Source of the DNA: Bacteroidota bacterium
Lineage (GTDB): Bacteria > Bacteroidota > Bacteroidia > AKYH767-A > OLB10
Assembly: GCA_024643795.1 (NCBI GenBank)
Contig: JAHEMF010000011.1
Span: 1,302-65,301 of the forward strand
Direction: 5' to 3'
DNA: 64,000 nt
Made by a program: the position numbers and the translations under genes. The notes below the pieces were generated by a model. It was not told the DNA's origin. It saw only the letters and a program-made list of their open reading frames with translations, and did not search any database. Positions 36,909 to 46,710 of this stretch are shown here, piece by piece. Within the stretch, counting starts at the first letter, position 1; every line of letters starts with the position of its first letter.

Positions 36909-39900
36909 TTAGAAAGTATCAAGGTCAAGAGGTCTGGTCATTCCAAACCATTTTAGTGTTTTCTCACCTAATCCGGGTGCTGATACATGAATCAGATACA
37001 TACCGGAACCAACAGGAATTCCTTTGTGGTTTTTCAGATCCCAGTCAAGGGAAGTGTTCGTGTTTGGTGAAGTTACATCATATACAGTACCATACGTATT
37101 ATTCACTCCTATGTCTCTGTTAAATTTTCTTACCAAAGCTCCACTCATAGTGAATATGCTGATGGTGCACTTTGGCGGAAGATTGGTGATCTTGATCCTG
37201 TTATCTATCTGACTGGTTTCGTATTCTGAATAAGCATAATACGGGTTAGGTACAACATTTATCAGATTCAGTGCTTCTACGGCAGTTGATTTATCATTGG
37301 TAATTACATCCAGGTCGTTTGTATTGAAATTATAATATGGATAAAACCCGTTTTTGGGTTCAATGGATGTAACTGTGCCAATTCCAATAAAGTTTAATCC
37401 GGCAGAGGCGGATGCAACAAAAGAATCACCCAGGTTAAGGCTTGTGCCATCATATGTTACAGGTGTGGAAGCAACATAATAACTCATGCCATCGATCAAG
37501 GTTTCGTTGTTGCGGATGCCTCCCGATGCGTACGGACGATAGGTCCTTGCAATCCTGATCCTCACTTTTACTTCAGAAGGTATCTGGTCAGGCAACTTAC
37601 TGCTCAAGTTGCTGAATTGTGATGACAGGATTGGTATTGAAACCCACATTGCATCTTTGTAAACCAACCGTTTATTTGTTGATGTAGGATTGTCCAGTTT
37701 TTCTCTCACCCATCTGCATGAATCATATAATGGTACATCCTGTTGTGGATTGTCGGCATTATGTCCAAAGACATATATATAATGCATTCCTCCAAAAACC
37801 GGCTCAAGTGTTCCGTCTATGTTAGTGTAGTATTTTGTGCCGGTTGGATTCCATTTCATGTCATTACCATTTTCATCTGTAAAGATGGAGTTTTCGCCAA
37901 AAGCGATATTCAACCTCTCACCGGTTTCAAGATTTACAGCATATCCGGGGAACCAACTCATACCTGTACTGTTTATTGAATTATCAGTTTGACCATCTTT
38001 TCCAATAGAAGGCAGAGTTTTAACATTGAATCTGTTAGCGCTAACATCTCCGGTTTCAACTACACATGCACGGCTCCACTTAGATTTATCTGGAGTTATG
38101 ATGATATCTACACTTGCAATTGCAGTTTTAGAATTTCCACTTGGTGATAAGCTGATCTGACCGGGTGATAGGCTAGTGAAGTATGGACCGGGATAATTTC
38201 TTGAAGTTAGTTTATATGGTCCCCATGTACCATCTACAACTTTTTCATATACCCCCTCATCATCCAGGCCCGGATTAACACTGGATGGACCACTCTCGAT
38301 CCAATTTTCATATGGATAAACCAGATTGTTGAGATCTTTCAGTGAACTTAACCAAATGTTATCCTTTGGTGAATATGAAATGGATGATTCAAGAAATGCA
38401 TTATTTACTGCTCCTGGTTTTCCTGCTTCAGTTACTGTGTTGATGGTCGATGTTAATCCCCACTCAGGTAGTACCTGCTCATTCACAATTCCCAAAGGCC
38501 GTTCTGACATAGTAAGAGTTGATGTATTAAAGTTATACATGCTATATCCATCTGTTTGCTCCACACCAGATAGTCTCACATCAATATTTTGAGCTTTTAC
38601 CAATGTTGGATCAAAAACTTTTATGTTAACCGGGCCGCGGGCATTCTTGTAGGTAGGATGGCTGATCATGAAAGGGGAATTCATCAATTCACTTTCATAG
38701 CTATTCAGGAAATCAAGTACCATTCCTCCATTACCTTGGCCTTCAATTCGGGTGATCTGTGGACCATCACCATAGTCTGAACCTAATACCATACCATTGT
38801 TCTCAGGATCCGGGCTATGAGGAATTGCAGAGTAGGTTCTGATATTATTTCGTCCGGCTAAATATGGTTTCTTTTGACCATCCAGTGCCAAAGGGTCATT
38901 CGGGTCGTATTTTTTGTATTCATTGTGTGCGTACGATACAATAGTATAGAAGTACGTCTTCTGGTTTACCAAGGCAGTTGATCCTTTTGCAAAAAGATCG
39001 TTTTCAATTACAAATGTGTGTTTAATACCTGCATCAGCACCATTGACCTTTTCAGTTGGAATGTTGGCGTTAAGTGATGGATCGTATTCAAAGTTGACCA
39101 ACTGGGTTACACCATTTCTTATATCACATTGTAAAAGCAACCTTATCTTATCAGGGTTACCAATATCTGCTGTGGTCACAGTTGCATCCTTCAACTGATA
39201 AATCTGGTAACCTTCAAACTTGAACCTTGATAATGAATCAGGATAGCCAATAATAGTTGGATCTACTTCATTGTATAATTCAATTTTATCTGAATTGTAG
39301 TTTTGAACGGATAATATAACCTTGTTATTTAATTCTCTTATTGCCAGATCCGGGGCGTCAGGGCCATCTATTAATTTGAAACAATTATCAAATAATGCCT
39401 GTGCTTTATCGTCTGCCAGTTGAACAAGATTAACAGATGCCAAAGGACCACCTACTGGTGAACGTGCCCACACAACTCCTGTTGTAACATAATTTACTGC
39501 TCCTGGTGCAAGTGTGAATTTCCCTGCTGATTGTAAGAACCTTCTGTCTTCAGGTACATTTCCAGCAGTAACTTCAGACCATTCGCCTAATGTGGGGTAA
39601 AAGGTAGGGTCTGTTGTTCCCGGAAACATAAAATCACATAAAGGTGCATTAGGATCTCTTCCATTACCTCCATAGGTCATTGGAACATTATCAAGCCAGA
39701 TCCCTCCCATGTATTGGTAAAAATCGGTGAACCCATTAGGGTTACCAGTAGGGCTTCCATTTATATTGTCATAATAGACAAATTTTGACATGATGATCTG
39801 CTCGCCCAGCACTTCATCGGGAATAACGAGAATGGTGCCTGATGAATCCAGATAGGTACAATCAACACATCCATCTCTGTCATTGTCTATACCATCGTCA

Positions 39901-40901
39901 AGATCGGCTATGGGCCCCTGAAAGAAATCAACACCTACTGCAGGTGGGTTGGTACCATATCCGCCTACACCATCATCATCAGCATCACCATTATAGCAAT
40001 AGCCTAATCCTCGGTTAACATCACAACCAACATAATCATCACTTGCATTACCAAGATCGGGGTCAACCCACTGGCCAATGTATGTGCTGTTCAGGTTCGA
40101 AATACTTCTGTTTATGATCTGATATTTATAAAAGGTCATGTTATTGATCTCATCATTTGTTTTAAATGCAAATGCCTGAGCGCGAATCTCCAGGCCTATG
40201 GATGCTGATGACGTTTCACTATGAACGTTACCTACGTCATTGAAGACCCACCAGATAGTTTGGTCACCGAAGAGATAGTCGTTACATTCTGTTTTTGGCG
40301 TTCCCGGTACATTTGGAAACTGTCCTGAAAAATTATAGCCCGGGTAATCGCCATCACGATAATCATAAACACCGTCAGCATTTACGTCAATAAAAGGTGC
40401 CAGAAACTGATCTTCATTCGATGACAGGTCCCCATTTCCCGGCCAGCTTTTAATATTATTTGATGCTTTATTGGGGTCAGATACAAAATCCTGAACTTCT
40501 TCACGGGATAGTTTCCAGTGGCGGTCATATAGCAGGCATTTTTGGTTTGTAGTGCCTATTGTTTGTTTATTAATAGGACCTCCCCAGAAATCAGTCCCTG
40601 TTTGACGGTAGGTTTGAGCTGCTACCTTCAGCTGGCCTGATCCATCCACGCCTCCTATCCAGAGTGCTCCTGCATACAAAGAGTGTAGTCCGCTTCCAAC
40701 CGGTACTTCATACTTCGGGTTTGTCAGGTCCCACCACATATCTCCTCCAACCAGAACTGTGGTTCTGATGTTGTTAATGTCAAGATCGGCCTTTGCTGTT
40801 GTTGGGGCGCAAGTTGATTGAGCCAGAATTGGAGATCTTGCAACCAATAAAATGGTCAACAAGGTTGAGATAAGGATGATGGTTTTGATTGTGTTTTTCA
40901 T
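36909..40901 (-). CDS. Large (1330 aa) uncharacterised T9SS-sorted surface protein with Asp-rich Ca-binding-like loops
   Basis: Signal peptide MKNTIKTIILISTLLTILLVARSPILAQ. DGDADDDGVGG and DLDDGIDNDRDGCVDC loops. C-terminal sorting/FlgD-Ig-like domain: VVPNPYYAYSEYE...LDWDLKNHKGIPVGSGMYLIHV... Confidence 0.8.
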   Translation of the reverse strand: MKNTIKTIILISTLLTILLVARSPILAQSTCAPTTAKADLDINNIRTTVLVGGDMWWDLTNPKYEVPVGSGLHSLYAGALWIGGVDGSGQLKVAAQTYRQTGTDFWGGPINKQTIGTTNQKCLLYDRHWKLSREEVQDFVSDPNKASNNIKSWPGNGDLSSNEDQFLAPFIDVNADGVYDYRDGDYPGYNFSGQFPNVPGTPKTECNDYLFGDQTIWWVFNDVGNVHSETSSASIGLEIRAQAFAFKTNDEINNMTFYKYQIINRSISNLNSTYIGQWVDPDLGNASDDYVGCDVNRGLGYCYNGDADDDGVGGYGTNPPAVGVDFFQGPIADLDDGIDNDRDGCVDCTYLDSSGTILVIPDEVLGEQIIMSKFVYYDNINGSPTGNPNGFTDFYQYMGGIWLDNVPMTYGGNGRDPNAPLCDFMFPGTTDPTFYPTLGEWSEVTAGNVPEDRRFLQSAGKFTLAPGAVNYVTTGVVWARSPVGGPLASVNLVQLADDKAQALFDNCFKLIDGPDAPDLAIRELNNKVILSVQNYNSDKIELYNEVDPTIIGYPDSLSRFKFEGYQIYQLKDATVTTADIGNPDKIRLLLQCDIRNGVTQLVNFEYDPSLNANIPTEKVNGADAGIKHTFVIENDLFAKGSTALVNQKTYFYTIVSYAHNEYKKYDPNDPLALDGQKKPYLAGRNNIRTYSAIPHSPDPENNGMVLGSDYGDGPQITRIEGQGNGGMVLDFLNSYESELMNSPFMISHPTYKNARGPVNIKVFDPTLVKAQNIDVRLSGVEQTDGYSMYNFNTSTLTMSERPLGIVNEQVLPEWGLTSTINTVTEAGKPGAVNNAFLESSISYSPKDNIWLSSLKDLNNLVYPYENWIESGPSSVNPGLDDEGVYEKVVDGTWGPYKLTSRNYPGPYFTSLSPGQISLSPSGNSKTAIASVDIIITPDKSKWSRACVVETGDVSANRFNVKTLPSIGKDGQTDNSINSTGMSWFPGYAVNLETGERLNIAFGENSIFTDENGNDMKWNPTGTKYYTNIDGTLEPVFGGMHYIYVFGHNADNPQQDVPLYDSCRWVREKLDNPTSTNKRLVYKDAMWVSIPILSSQFSNLSSKLPDQIPSEVKVRIRIARTYRPYASGGIRNNETLIDGMSYYVASTPVTYDGTSLNLGDSFVASASAGLNFIGIGTVTSIEPKNGFYPYYNFNTNDLDVITNDKSTAVEALNLINVVPNPYYAYSEYETSQIDNRIKITNLPPKCTISIFTMSGALVRKFNRDIGVNNTYGTVYDVTSPNTNTSLDWDLKNHKGIPVGSGMYLIHVSAPGLGEKTLKWFGMTRPLDLDTF

Positions 40902-41208
40902 AGCGATCGTGTTTTGGCGAGATTAAAACTAGCGATAGCTATTGCCTTAATACAAACTAAAAAGTGTACTAATTATACATGTCAGACATGTAATTAAATG
41001 AAGGTTTAACAGGGTGATTGAGCCTGAAAGTGCTCATTTTTCTATGTTAGACCAGCCGTTCAGGGAGTATCAGGTCATTTTTCAGAATGGTAGTTAGTTG
41101 CAAGTCTGACGAGCATTGTAAAGATTTTATTACAAAGTGGTTTCGTCAAATTCCAGCTTGATTTATTGGATAATCGCTGGAAAAATAAATACAAAACCAG
41201 ATAATTGT

Positions 41209-43629
41209 TTAAAAGTCTATTATAAAGCCAATTGATGGTAATATGGTACCTGATGTATCTTTAATATAATAGATCAGGTATCTGTTTGAGTCGTTTGGAT
41301 CTGTTATAGGTTTACCATCGGCATTATTTGTTCTTACATTCAGGATATCAGGTTCATCAGATTTAAAATTATACACATTTTGTATATCAAGATAAAGCTG
41401 TAGTGACCATTTTTGGAAATACCAGCTTTTGTCAAATCTAATATCCAATTGATGAAAAGGATCCAGCCTGATGCTATTTACTTTGCTATAATCTAATATC
41501 CCCTGGCCTCTGACATCCCAATTTTCTTTTAGTGATGATTTTTCAATGTCATATGGTGTATATGGTCTGCCGGAAAGGTATCTCCATCTTATTCCAAGGT
41601 CAAAGTTCTTATTAAATCTTTTACCAAGTGTGGTAGTAAGAATGTGTCTGTTATCCCACGACGATGGTTTGTAAACAGAAGTAGACCCACTAAAACGACT
41701 ATAAACAAACGTGTATGCTAGAATTCCAAATATCCCGTTCTCGGCTTTCCGTTCTGCTGAAAATTCAATGCCTTCTGCAATACCTTTGGAGATAGACGAT
41801 AAGAGATCGGATCCGATAACACCGAAGTCGGATCCAAGGTTAGCAAGACTCACGGAATCTGAAAGGGAGTAAGGGTATTGCTTGTAGTTTTTGTAAAATG
41901 TTTCAATGCTGAACTTTGAATTTGCGTCAGGATAATATGCTACACCTAAATTAAGTTGCTCATTGGAAATGTACTGTAATCTGGATGAGTTAAGCAGATC
42001 ACCTTGGTTATTACTATATCCTAAAGCTGTGTATGGTGGCAATTGATAATATATTCCTGATGAAAAGTTCAATTCCCACTTTTCGGTCAATGAATATGAA
42101 GCAGAAAATCTTGGTGAAACTTGATTAATGATATTATTCATTAAACGAGAATAGTTATTAGCATCAGCCCTCAACCCGAAGCTCATGTTAAGTCGGGCTT
42201 TAAAAAAAGAGCGAGAGACCGAGGAATACAGCCCGTATTTAATAAAACTAAGATCTGTATTTGATTTCAGCAATATTGCTCCCGAGCTGGTTGTTTGATA
42301 TCTGGAGGACTTGGTAGTAAAAAATACATGGTCTACATTAACTCCTGCATTTAACTTCCAACTTTTGATAGAATAGGTTTGGTCAAACCTGAGCTTATTT
42401 TCAGTTTCATTTGAATTGTAGCTGGATATTAAATTCGAAAGATCACTATCATCATTATTCTTATACTTCTCAGAAGAGTTAGAAAGTTCATTTCTGCTCA
42501 GAGATATTGTAAATACCTGTTTACTTGTGATATATTGATAAGAACCCCCAACTGCATAATTCCATTGAGAATAGGTGGGTAGGTTGCCAAGAATATAGTT
42601 ATTCAACTCAATTTTTTCCGGATCGGTAATGTCTTCGTTCACCGATGCATTCAATTTAAAATCATCAATTGCTCCAATTCCAATTAAAGTCAGGTAACTC
42701 CTGTCATTCAACTTTGTTCTTGTTTTAAATTGTGCATCTGAAAATGTAGGTAAGAATGGAAGTTTTAATGTTTTGAATAAAAATTGCAGGTATGACCTCC
42801 TTATCGATATAATATAACTTGTTGAATTACTTAATGGTCCGTCACTTGTGAATCCAAAGTCAGATGATCCACCTGTAACTCTGAACTTAGGTTTTTCTGT
42901 ATTTCCGGTTTTTTGTTTAAATGCAATCACAGAGCTTAATCCATTTTCATATTTAGCAGGAAATGCTCCAGAGTGAAATTCCACATCATTCAATAGGTCT
43001 ACATTTAAAATACCAACAGGTCCACCGGATGCTCCTTGGGTTTGAAAGTGATTGATAACAGGAACTTCAATACCATCTAAATAAAATTTATTTTCAGAAG
43101 GTGACCCACCTCTGATAATGATATCATTTCGGAATCCGGGGGTGACAGCTACACCCGGAGATGATTGCAATACCTTTGAAATATCTCTGTTACCACCCGG
43201 GCTTTTTTCAATCTCTCTGACACCAATTGTACGCATTGATAAGGGTGATTCAGATTTGTTAACAAAGGCTGGTTTAGAAATAATTATTTCCTGAAGCTGT
43301 GTACTCCTTGGTGTTAACTCAATTGTTACAGCTGGAATCTTGTCTGATGTAATAAAAATGTCATCAGAAACTTTGGAGTTATAACCAATGCATGATGCGG
43401 TAATTGTATGGTAGCCAGGTTTTACATTTGAAATTTCAAACTCTCCATTTTCATTTGTTGTACCTCCTGTATTTGTTCCTGTTATGATGACATTAGCAAA
43501 TGGAACGGGTTTTTTATCAGCTGAATTGATTACTGTTCCTTTGAGTATGATCTGAGCAAAAGAATAATTGCAGATCAACCCCAAGGCAATGATGGTGCTC
43601 AATATAATTCTGATCCTCATATAAGACAT
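41209..43629 (-). CDS. TonB-dependent receptor with CarboxypepD_reg-like N-domain (no SusD partner)
   Basis: ILKGTVINSADKKPVPFANVII...GEFEISNVKPGYHTI (CarboxypepD_reg). Plug region REIEKSPGGNRDISKVLQSSPGV...IIIRGGSPSENKFYLDGIEV. Long beta-barrel ending in a terminal Phe. Confidence 0.85.
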   Translation of the reverse strand: MSYMRIRIILSTIIALGLICNYSFAQIILKGTVINSADKKPVPFANVIITGTNTGGTTNENGEFEISNVKPGYHTITASCIGYNSKVSDDIFITSDKIPAVTIELTPRSTQLQEIIISKPAFVNKSESPLSMRTIGVREIEKSPGGNRDISKVLQSSPGVAVTPGFRNDIIIRGGSPSENKFYLDGIEVPVINHFQTQGASGGPVGILNVDLLNDVEFHSGAFPAKYENGLSSVIAFKQKTGNTEKPKFRVTGGSSDFGFTSDGPLSNSTSYIISIRRSYLQFLFKTLKLPFLPTFSDAQFKTRTKLNDRSYLTLIGIGAIDDFKLNASVNEDITDPEKIELNNYILGNLPTYSQWNYAVGGSYQYITSKQVFTISLSRNELSNSSEKYKNNDDSDLSNLISSYNSNETENKLRFDQTYSIKSWKLNAGVNVDHVFFTTKSSRYQTTSSGAILLKSNTDLSFIKYGLYSSVSRSFFKARLNMSFGLRADANNYSRLMNNIINQVSPRFSASYSLTEKWELNFSSGIYYQLPPYTALGYSNNQGDLLNSSRLQYISNEQLNLGVAYYPDANSKFSIETFYKNYKQYPYSLSDSVSLANLGSDFGVIGSDLLSSISKGIAEGIEFSAERKAENGIFGILAYTFVYSRFSGSTSVYKPSSWDNRHILTTTLGKRFNKNFDLGIRWRYLSGRPYTPYDIEKSSLKENWDVRGQGILDYSKVNSIRLDPFHQLDIRFDKSWYFQKWSLQLYLDIQNVYNFKSDEPDILNVRTNNADGKPITDPNDSNRYLIYYIKDTSGTILPSIGFIIDF

Positions 43630-43659
43630 ATTTAATAATCTATGTCAACTAAATTATTG

Positions 43660-43692
43660 TAAAAACAGAAGCCCCAAGTTACTGGGGCTTCT
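43660..43692 (-). terminator. Rho-independent terminator after the DUF4397 gene
   Basis: Perfect 10-bp stem AGAAGCCCCA (43667-43676) / TGGGGCTTCT (43683-43692), 6-nt loop. GTTTTT follows on the minus strand. Confidence 0.75.
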
Positions 43693-43714
43693 ATCCAAAA
43701 ACAAAATTAAAAAA

Positions 43715-45421
43715 TTACCTAACAACTAATTTCTGTACTGATTGGCTTTTATTATCAATTGTTCTTATCAGATAAATGCCTGAAGCAATATTACTTAGAT
43801 CTATTGTGAAGTTTGTTATTCCTGCATTCAAAATAACTGAACGTACGATCTTACCTTCAGTGTTAATGATATCCAATCCAACTTCATTGTCAATCTCTCC
43901 GGATATTGTAAGAGATCCGTTTGCATTCACGGGATTTGGGTACACTGTGACTCCTGTACCTTGGTTAACTTCATTCAATGAAGTGCTGAGTTGAAATGGA
44001 ACAACTGTACCATTTGCTAATGCTGCGAAGAGCCCGAATGGTTCTCCGTTCTGATTGTTTGCGGGAGTTAGGAATCCCGAAGCAAATACAATTGCTGAAC
44101 CACCTGCTAAGGATGACAGATCAGCTGTATATGAAGCAACAATAATGCTGTTATCGTTTCCGGGTGTAACATCTAAAGAGTAAGAAGCTGCAGGCACATT
44201 TAAGTATGGTGTTATATCAGAATATGCTGCATCATCAACTAGTATTGGTCCACCATTTGATAATACCACATCAACAGTTGGTGCGTCTGTGGCACCATGA
44301 ACAACCTTGAAGTCAACTTCTCCTGCTACTAAAGCAGATTCTCTGATTCCGCTTTCAAGAAAGAGTGTAAACCCGGTTGATATTCCGTCTGGATTGCTTG
44401 CAAATGATCCTGGATTCAGAACTCCATTGGCGACAGCTACATATGTTTCACCGTTTGTAAACTGCACTGCAAAATTCACCAAAGTATCATTTACTGACGT
44501 ACTGTTGCCGGGTGCTACTCCAATGTTGATTGTTACATCACCTGGGATATCAATAAATGGTGTTGCAGTTCTGAATGCAAAATCGTCTAGTGCCAGAGTC
44601 CCGTTAAGGTATACATCTACTGAAGCGGCTGCTGGATCTGCAGCATTATGTATCACCTGCAGATGAGCAACACTTGTTGTAGGAAGCATCACAACAGTTC
44701 CTGATGTTAATGCAGCATATAATCCGAAGGAAGATCCATTTTGATTTTGTGTTGGATCCAAAAAGCCGGATGCAAACACAACGGCAGTCCCGCCGGCTAA
44801 TGCTGTAAGTTCTGCCTCAAATGAAGCTACAATTGTATTATTATCATTTCCCGGAGTTATATCCAATACATAATCAGCAGCAGGTACTGATATATAATTT
44901 GAGAAGTTGCTGTATGCAGCATCGTCGAGTATGATGCCCGCTTTTCTGGCAACAACATCAACGGTAGGAGCATCAGTTGAGCCATGATTAATTATCAGAT
45001 CAACATTAGCGGGATTTTGTGAACTAGTTTGAATACCTGATAATACCTGAAGTCCGAATGAAGTTGAAATGTTATCAGGATTTGATGCAAATGCTGCCGG
45101 GTTCAAAACTCCTGAAGCCAAAGCAACATAACGCTCATTTGCGTTAAGCGATACTTGAAAGTTAACCAGCGTATCATTGACACTGTTGCTAGTTCCTGGC
45201 GCAATACCAATATTTATATTTGTATTGGATGGCAGATTTAGGAATGGTGTTGCCTGCCTGAATCCGAAATCATCCAGAGCGAGATTTCCATTCACATATA
45301 CATCAACCACAGAAGCTGCAGGATCTGCACAATTATGAATTACCTGTAATTCGGCTTGTCCAAAGCTGTTGGCCCAAAAGAAGGTTAGAGCTGAAAGTAG
45401 AGTAAATGTTTTTTTTGTCAT
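43715..45421 (-). CDS. DUF4397-repeat protein with type-A T9SS C-terminal sorting domain
   Basis: Signal peptide. Four LQVIHN/INHGSTDAPTVDV-type modules arranged as a duplicated pair. CTD: VTVYPNPVNANGSLTI...GIYLIRTIDNKSQSVQKLVV. Confidence 0.75.
   Translation of the reverse strand: MTKKTFTLLSALTFFWANSFGQAELQVIHNCADPAASVVDVYVNGNLALDDFGFRQATPFLNLPSNTNINIGIAPGTSNSVNDTLVNFQVSLNANERYVALASGVLNPAAFASNPDNISTSFGLQVLSGIQTSSQNPANVDLIINHGSTDAPTVDVVARKAGIILDDAAYSNFSNYISVPAADYVLDITPGNDNNTIVASFEAELTALAGGTAVVFASGFLDPTQNQNGSSFGLYAALTSGTVVMLPTTSVAHLQVIHNAADPAAASVDVYLNGTLALDDFAFRTATPFIDIPGDVTINIGVAPGNSTSVNDTLVNFAVQFTNGETYVAVANGVLNPGSFASNPDGISTGFTLFLESGIRESALVAGEVDFKVVHGATDAPTVDVVLSNGGPILVDDAAYSDITPYLNVPAASYSLDVTPGNDNSIIVASYTADLSSLAGGSAIVFASGFLTPANNQNGEPFGLFAALANGTVVPFQLSTSLNEVNQGTGVTVYPNPVNANGSLTISGEIDNEVGLDIINTEGKIVRSVILNAGITNFTIDLSNIASGIYLIRTIDNKSQSVQKLVVR
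43991..44665 (-). repeat. Internal protein repeat unit 2 (residues ~253-477)
   Basis: LQVIHNAADPAAASVDVYLNGTLALDDFAFRTATPF...GGSAIVFASGFLTPANNQNGEPFGLFAALANGTVV. Collinear with unit 1 at a 229-residue period. The majority of positions look identical by eye. Confidence 0.8.
44681..45352 (-). repeat. Internal protein repeat unit 1 (residues ~24-247) of the DUF4397 protein
   Basis: LQVIHNCADPAASVVDVYVNGNLALDDFGFRQATPF...GGTAVVFASGFLDPTQNQNGSSFGLYAALTSGTVV. Confidence 0.8.
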
Positions 45422-45587
45422 GTTTTTAAAGTTTTAAGGTTTTGAAGCATAACAGATCTAAACCTTAAATTGTTTAAGAAAAATCTATAAAAATTAAACA
45501 AAATAAGGAACCAGAAGAGCAGGTCAAATCAGATAGCTCTGTAAGTATCTGTAAATCAATAAGAAAGTGACACAGTTCTCCTATTCA

Positions 45588-46706
45588 CTAAAATTGTTTA
45601 CCCCGAAGATCCATTACAGGCTTTTCAAAATATTTATAAAGCAATGTGGAAGAAAGGATAACAACGGTCCAATATACCAGATAGGTGAAAAATGCAGGGA
45701 AGGAAGTGCCGGGCATGAAATTCTTTTCAATCACCTGGGCCACAGGCGCAAGGTTCAACAGGTACATTGAGTAAGAAATGATGGAGATGTGTGTAATGAT
45801 CTTACCGAAACCGGTTTTAAACTTTTTAACACTATCGGCCAGGGGTAATAGCATTGAGGCTCCAATCCCAATAATTGAAAAGTAGATTGTTTTCATAAAA
45901 TAAGACCCAGTTTCTTTAACAGGTAAGATTACGGAATAAATTATGATCAGCCCGGCAGTAAATAACCAATACCTGTATTTAAAGAAGAAATCAGAATGAT
46001 AGAATTTCAACCATGCCATTAAAACTCCATACATGATCGAATCGAGTCGGGTAATAACAATTTTCCTGAATGTGACATCGTACCAAAATGCATCTACTTG
46101 TTCTGTGCTGATAGAATGCCGGTAGAGTAGTGGGGCAATAATGAAAATAAGTATGCATGCAAGTAATATATTCTTTATGCTTAACCACTTCTTGGAAAGA
46201 GGTATTGCCAAGGCTACGGTGAATGGGAAGAGAATGTAAAACCATTCTTCTATGCTCAAACTCCACGACTCCCAAAAGAAATCTGTGAAAGGTTCATTAA
46301 AGTTCTGTAGAAAAAACAAGAACTTCCAGTCTGCCTTTTCAAGGCTACCGTTTATGTAGTCAAATTTAACTAGCAGGTAATTGATCACCAGGATCAGGTA
46401 ATAGTTAGGTAGCGTTCTTAACCACCTTCTATTCCAAAATCGCGTAAGCTGTGAAGTGTTTAGTGCCCCTTCCTTTTCAATAGATCTTATTAATATCTGT
46501 CCAATCAGGAATCCACTTAATACAAAAAACAATTCAACTCCGTCAATAAAACGGAAGTATGGGAATCCAGGAGCAAACAAATTGACAATGAAAGCACCAT
46601 GACTAATAACCACTAATATAATCGCAACAGCTCTGAACACATCGAGACCATATATCCTTTTTGAGTAATCTGGTTTTAGTTTTAAGATGTTAGGCAAAAA
46701 ACCCAT
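45588..46706 (-). CDS. Acyltransferase family 3 membrane protein
   Basis: YGLDVFRAVAIILVVISHG N-terminal motif and about 10 TM helices. Confidence 0.8.
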   Translation of the reverse strand: MGFLPNILKLKPDYSKRIYGLDVFRAVAIILVVISHGAFIVNLFAPGFPYFRFIDGVELFFVLSGFLIGQILIRSIEKEGALNTSQLTRFWNRRWLRTLPNYYLILVINYLLVKFDYINGSLEKADWKFLFFLQNFNEPFTDFFWESWSLSIEEWFYILFPFTVALAIPLSKKWLSIKNILLACILIFIIAPLLYRHSISTEQVDAFWYDVTFRKIVITRLDSIMYGVLMAWLKFYHSDFFFKYRYWLFTAGLIIIYSVILPVKETGSYFMKTIYFSIIGIGASMLLPLADSVKKFKTGFGKIITHISIISYSMYLLNLAPVAQVIEKNFMPGTSFPAFFTYLVYWTVVILSSTLLYKYFEKPVMDLRGKQF

Positions 46707-46710
46707 GGTA

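Noticed and set aside
40902-41208. 307-bp gap upstream of the 1330-aa gene, examined for a small ORF or structured RNA
   Set aside because: The longest ORFs I found on either strand are 22 codons or fewer. Only a 13-nt palindrome (CATGTCAGACATG, 40978-40990) and a weak 5-bp hairpin are visible, which is not enough to call a feature.
45434-45468. 9-bp hairpin TTAAGGTTT-N17-AAACCTTAA between the acyltransferase and DUF4397 genes, considered as a terminator
   Set aside because: No U-tract follows on the transcribed (minus) strand and the loop is long. It could be a leader structure, but the evidence is thin.
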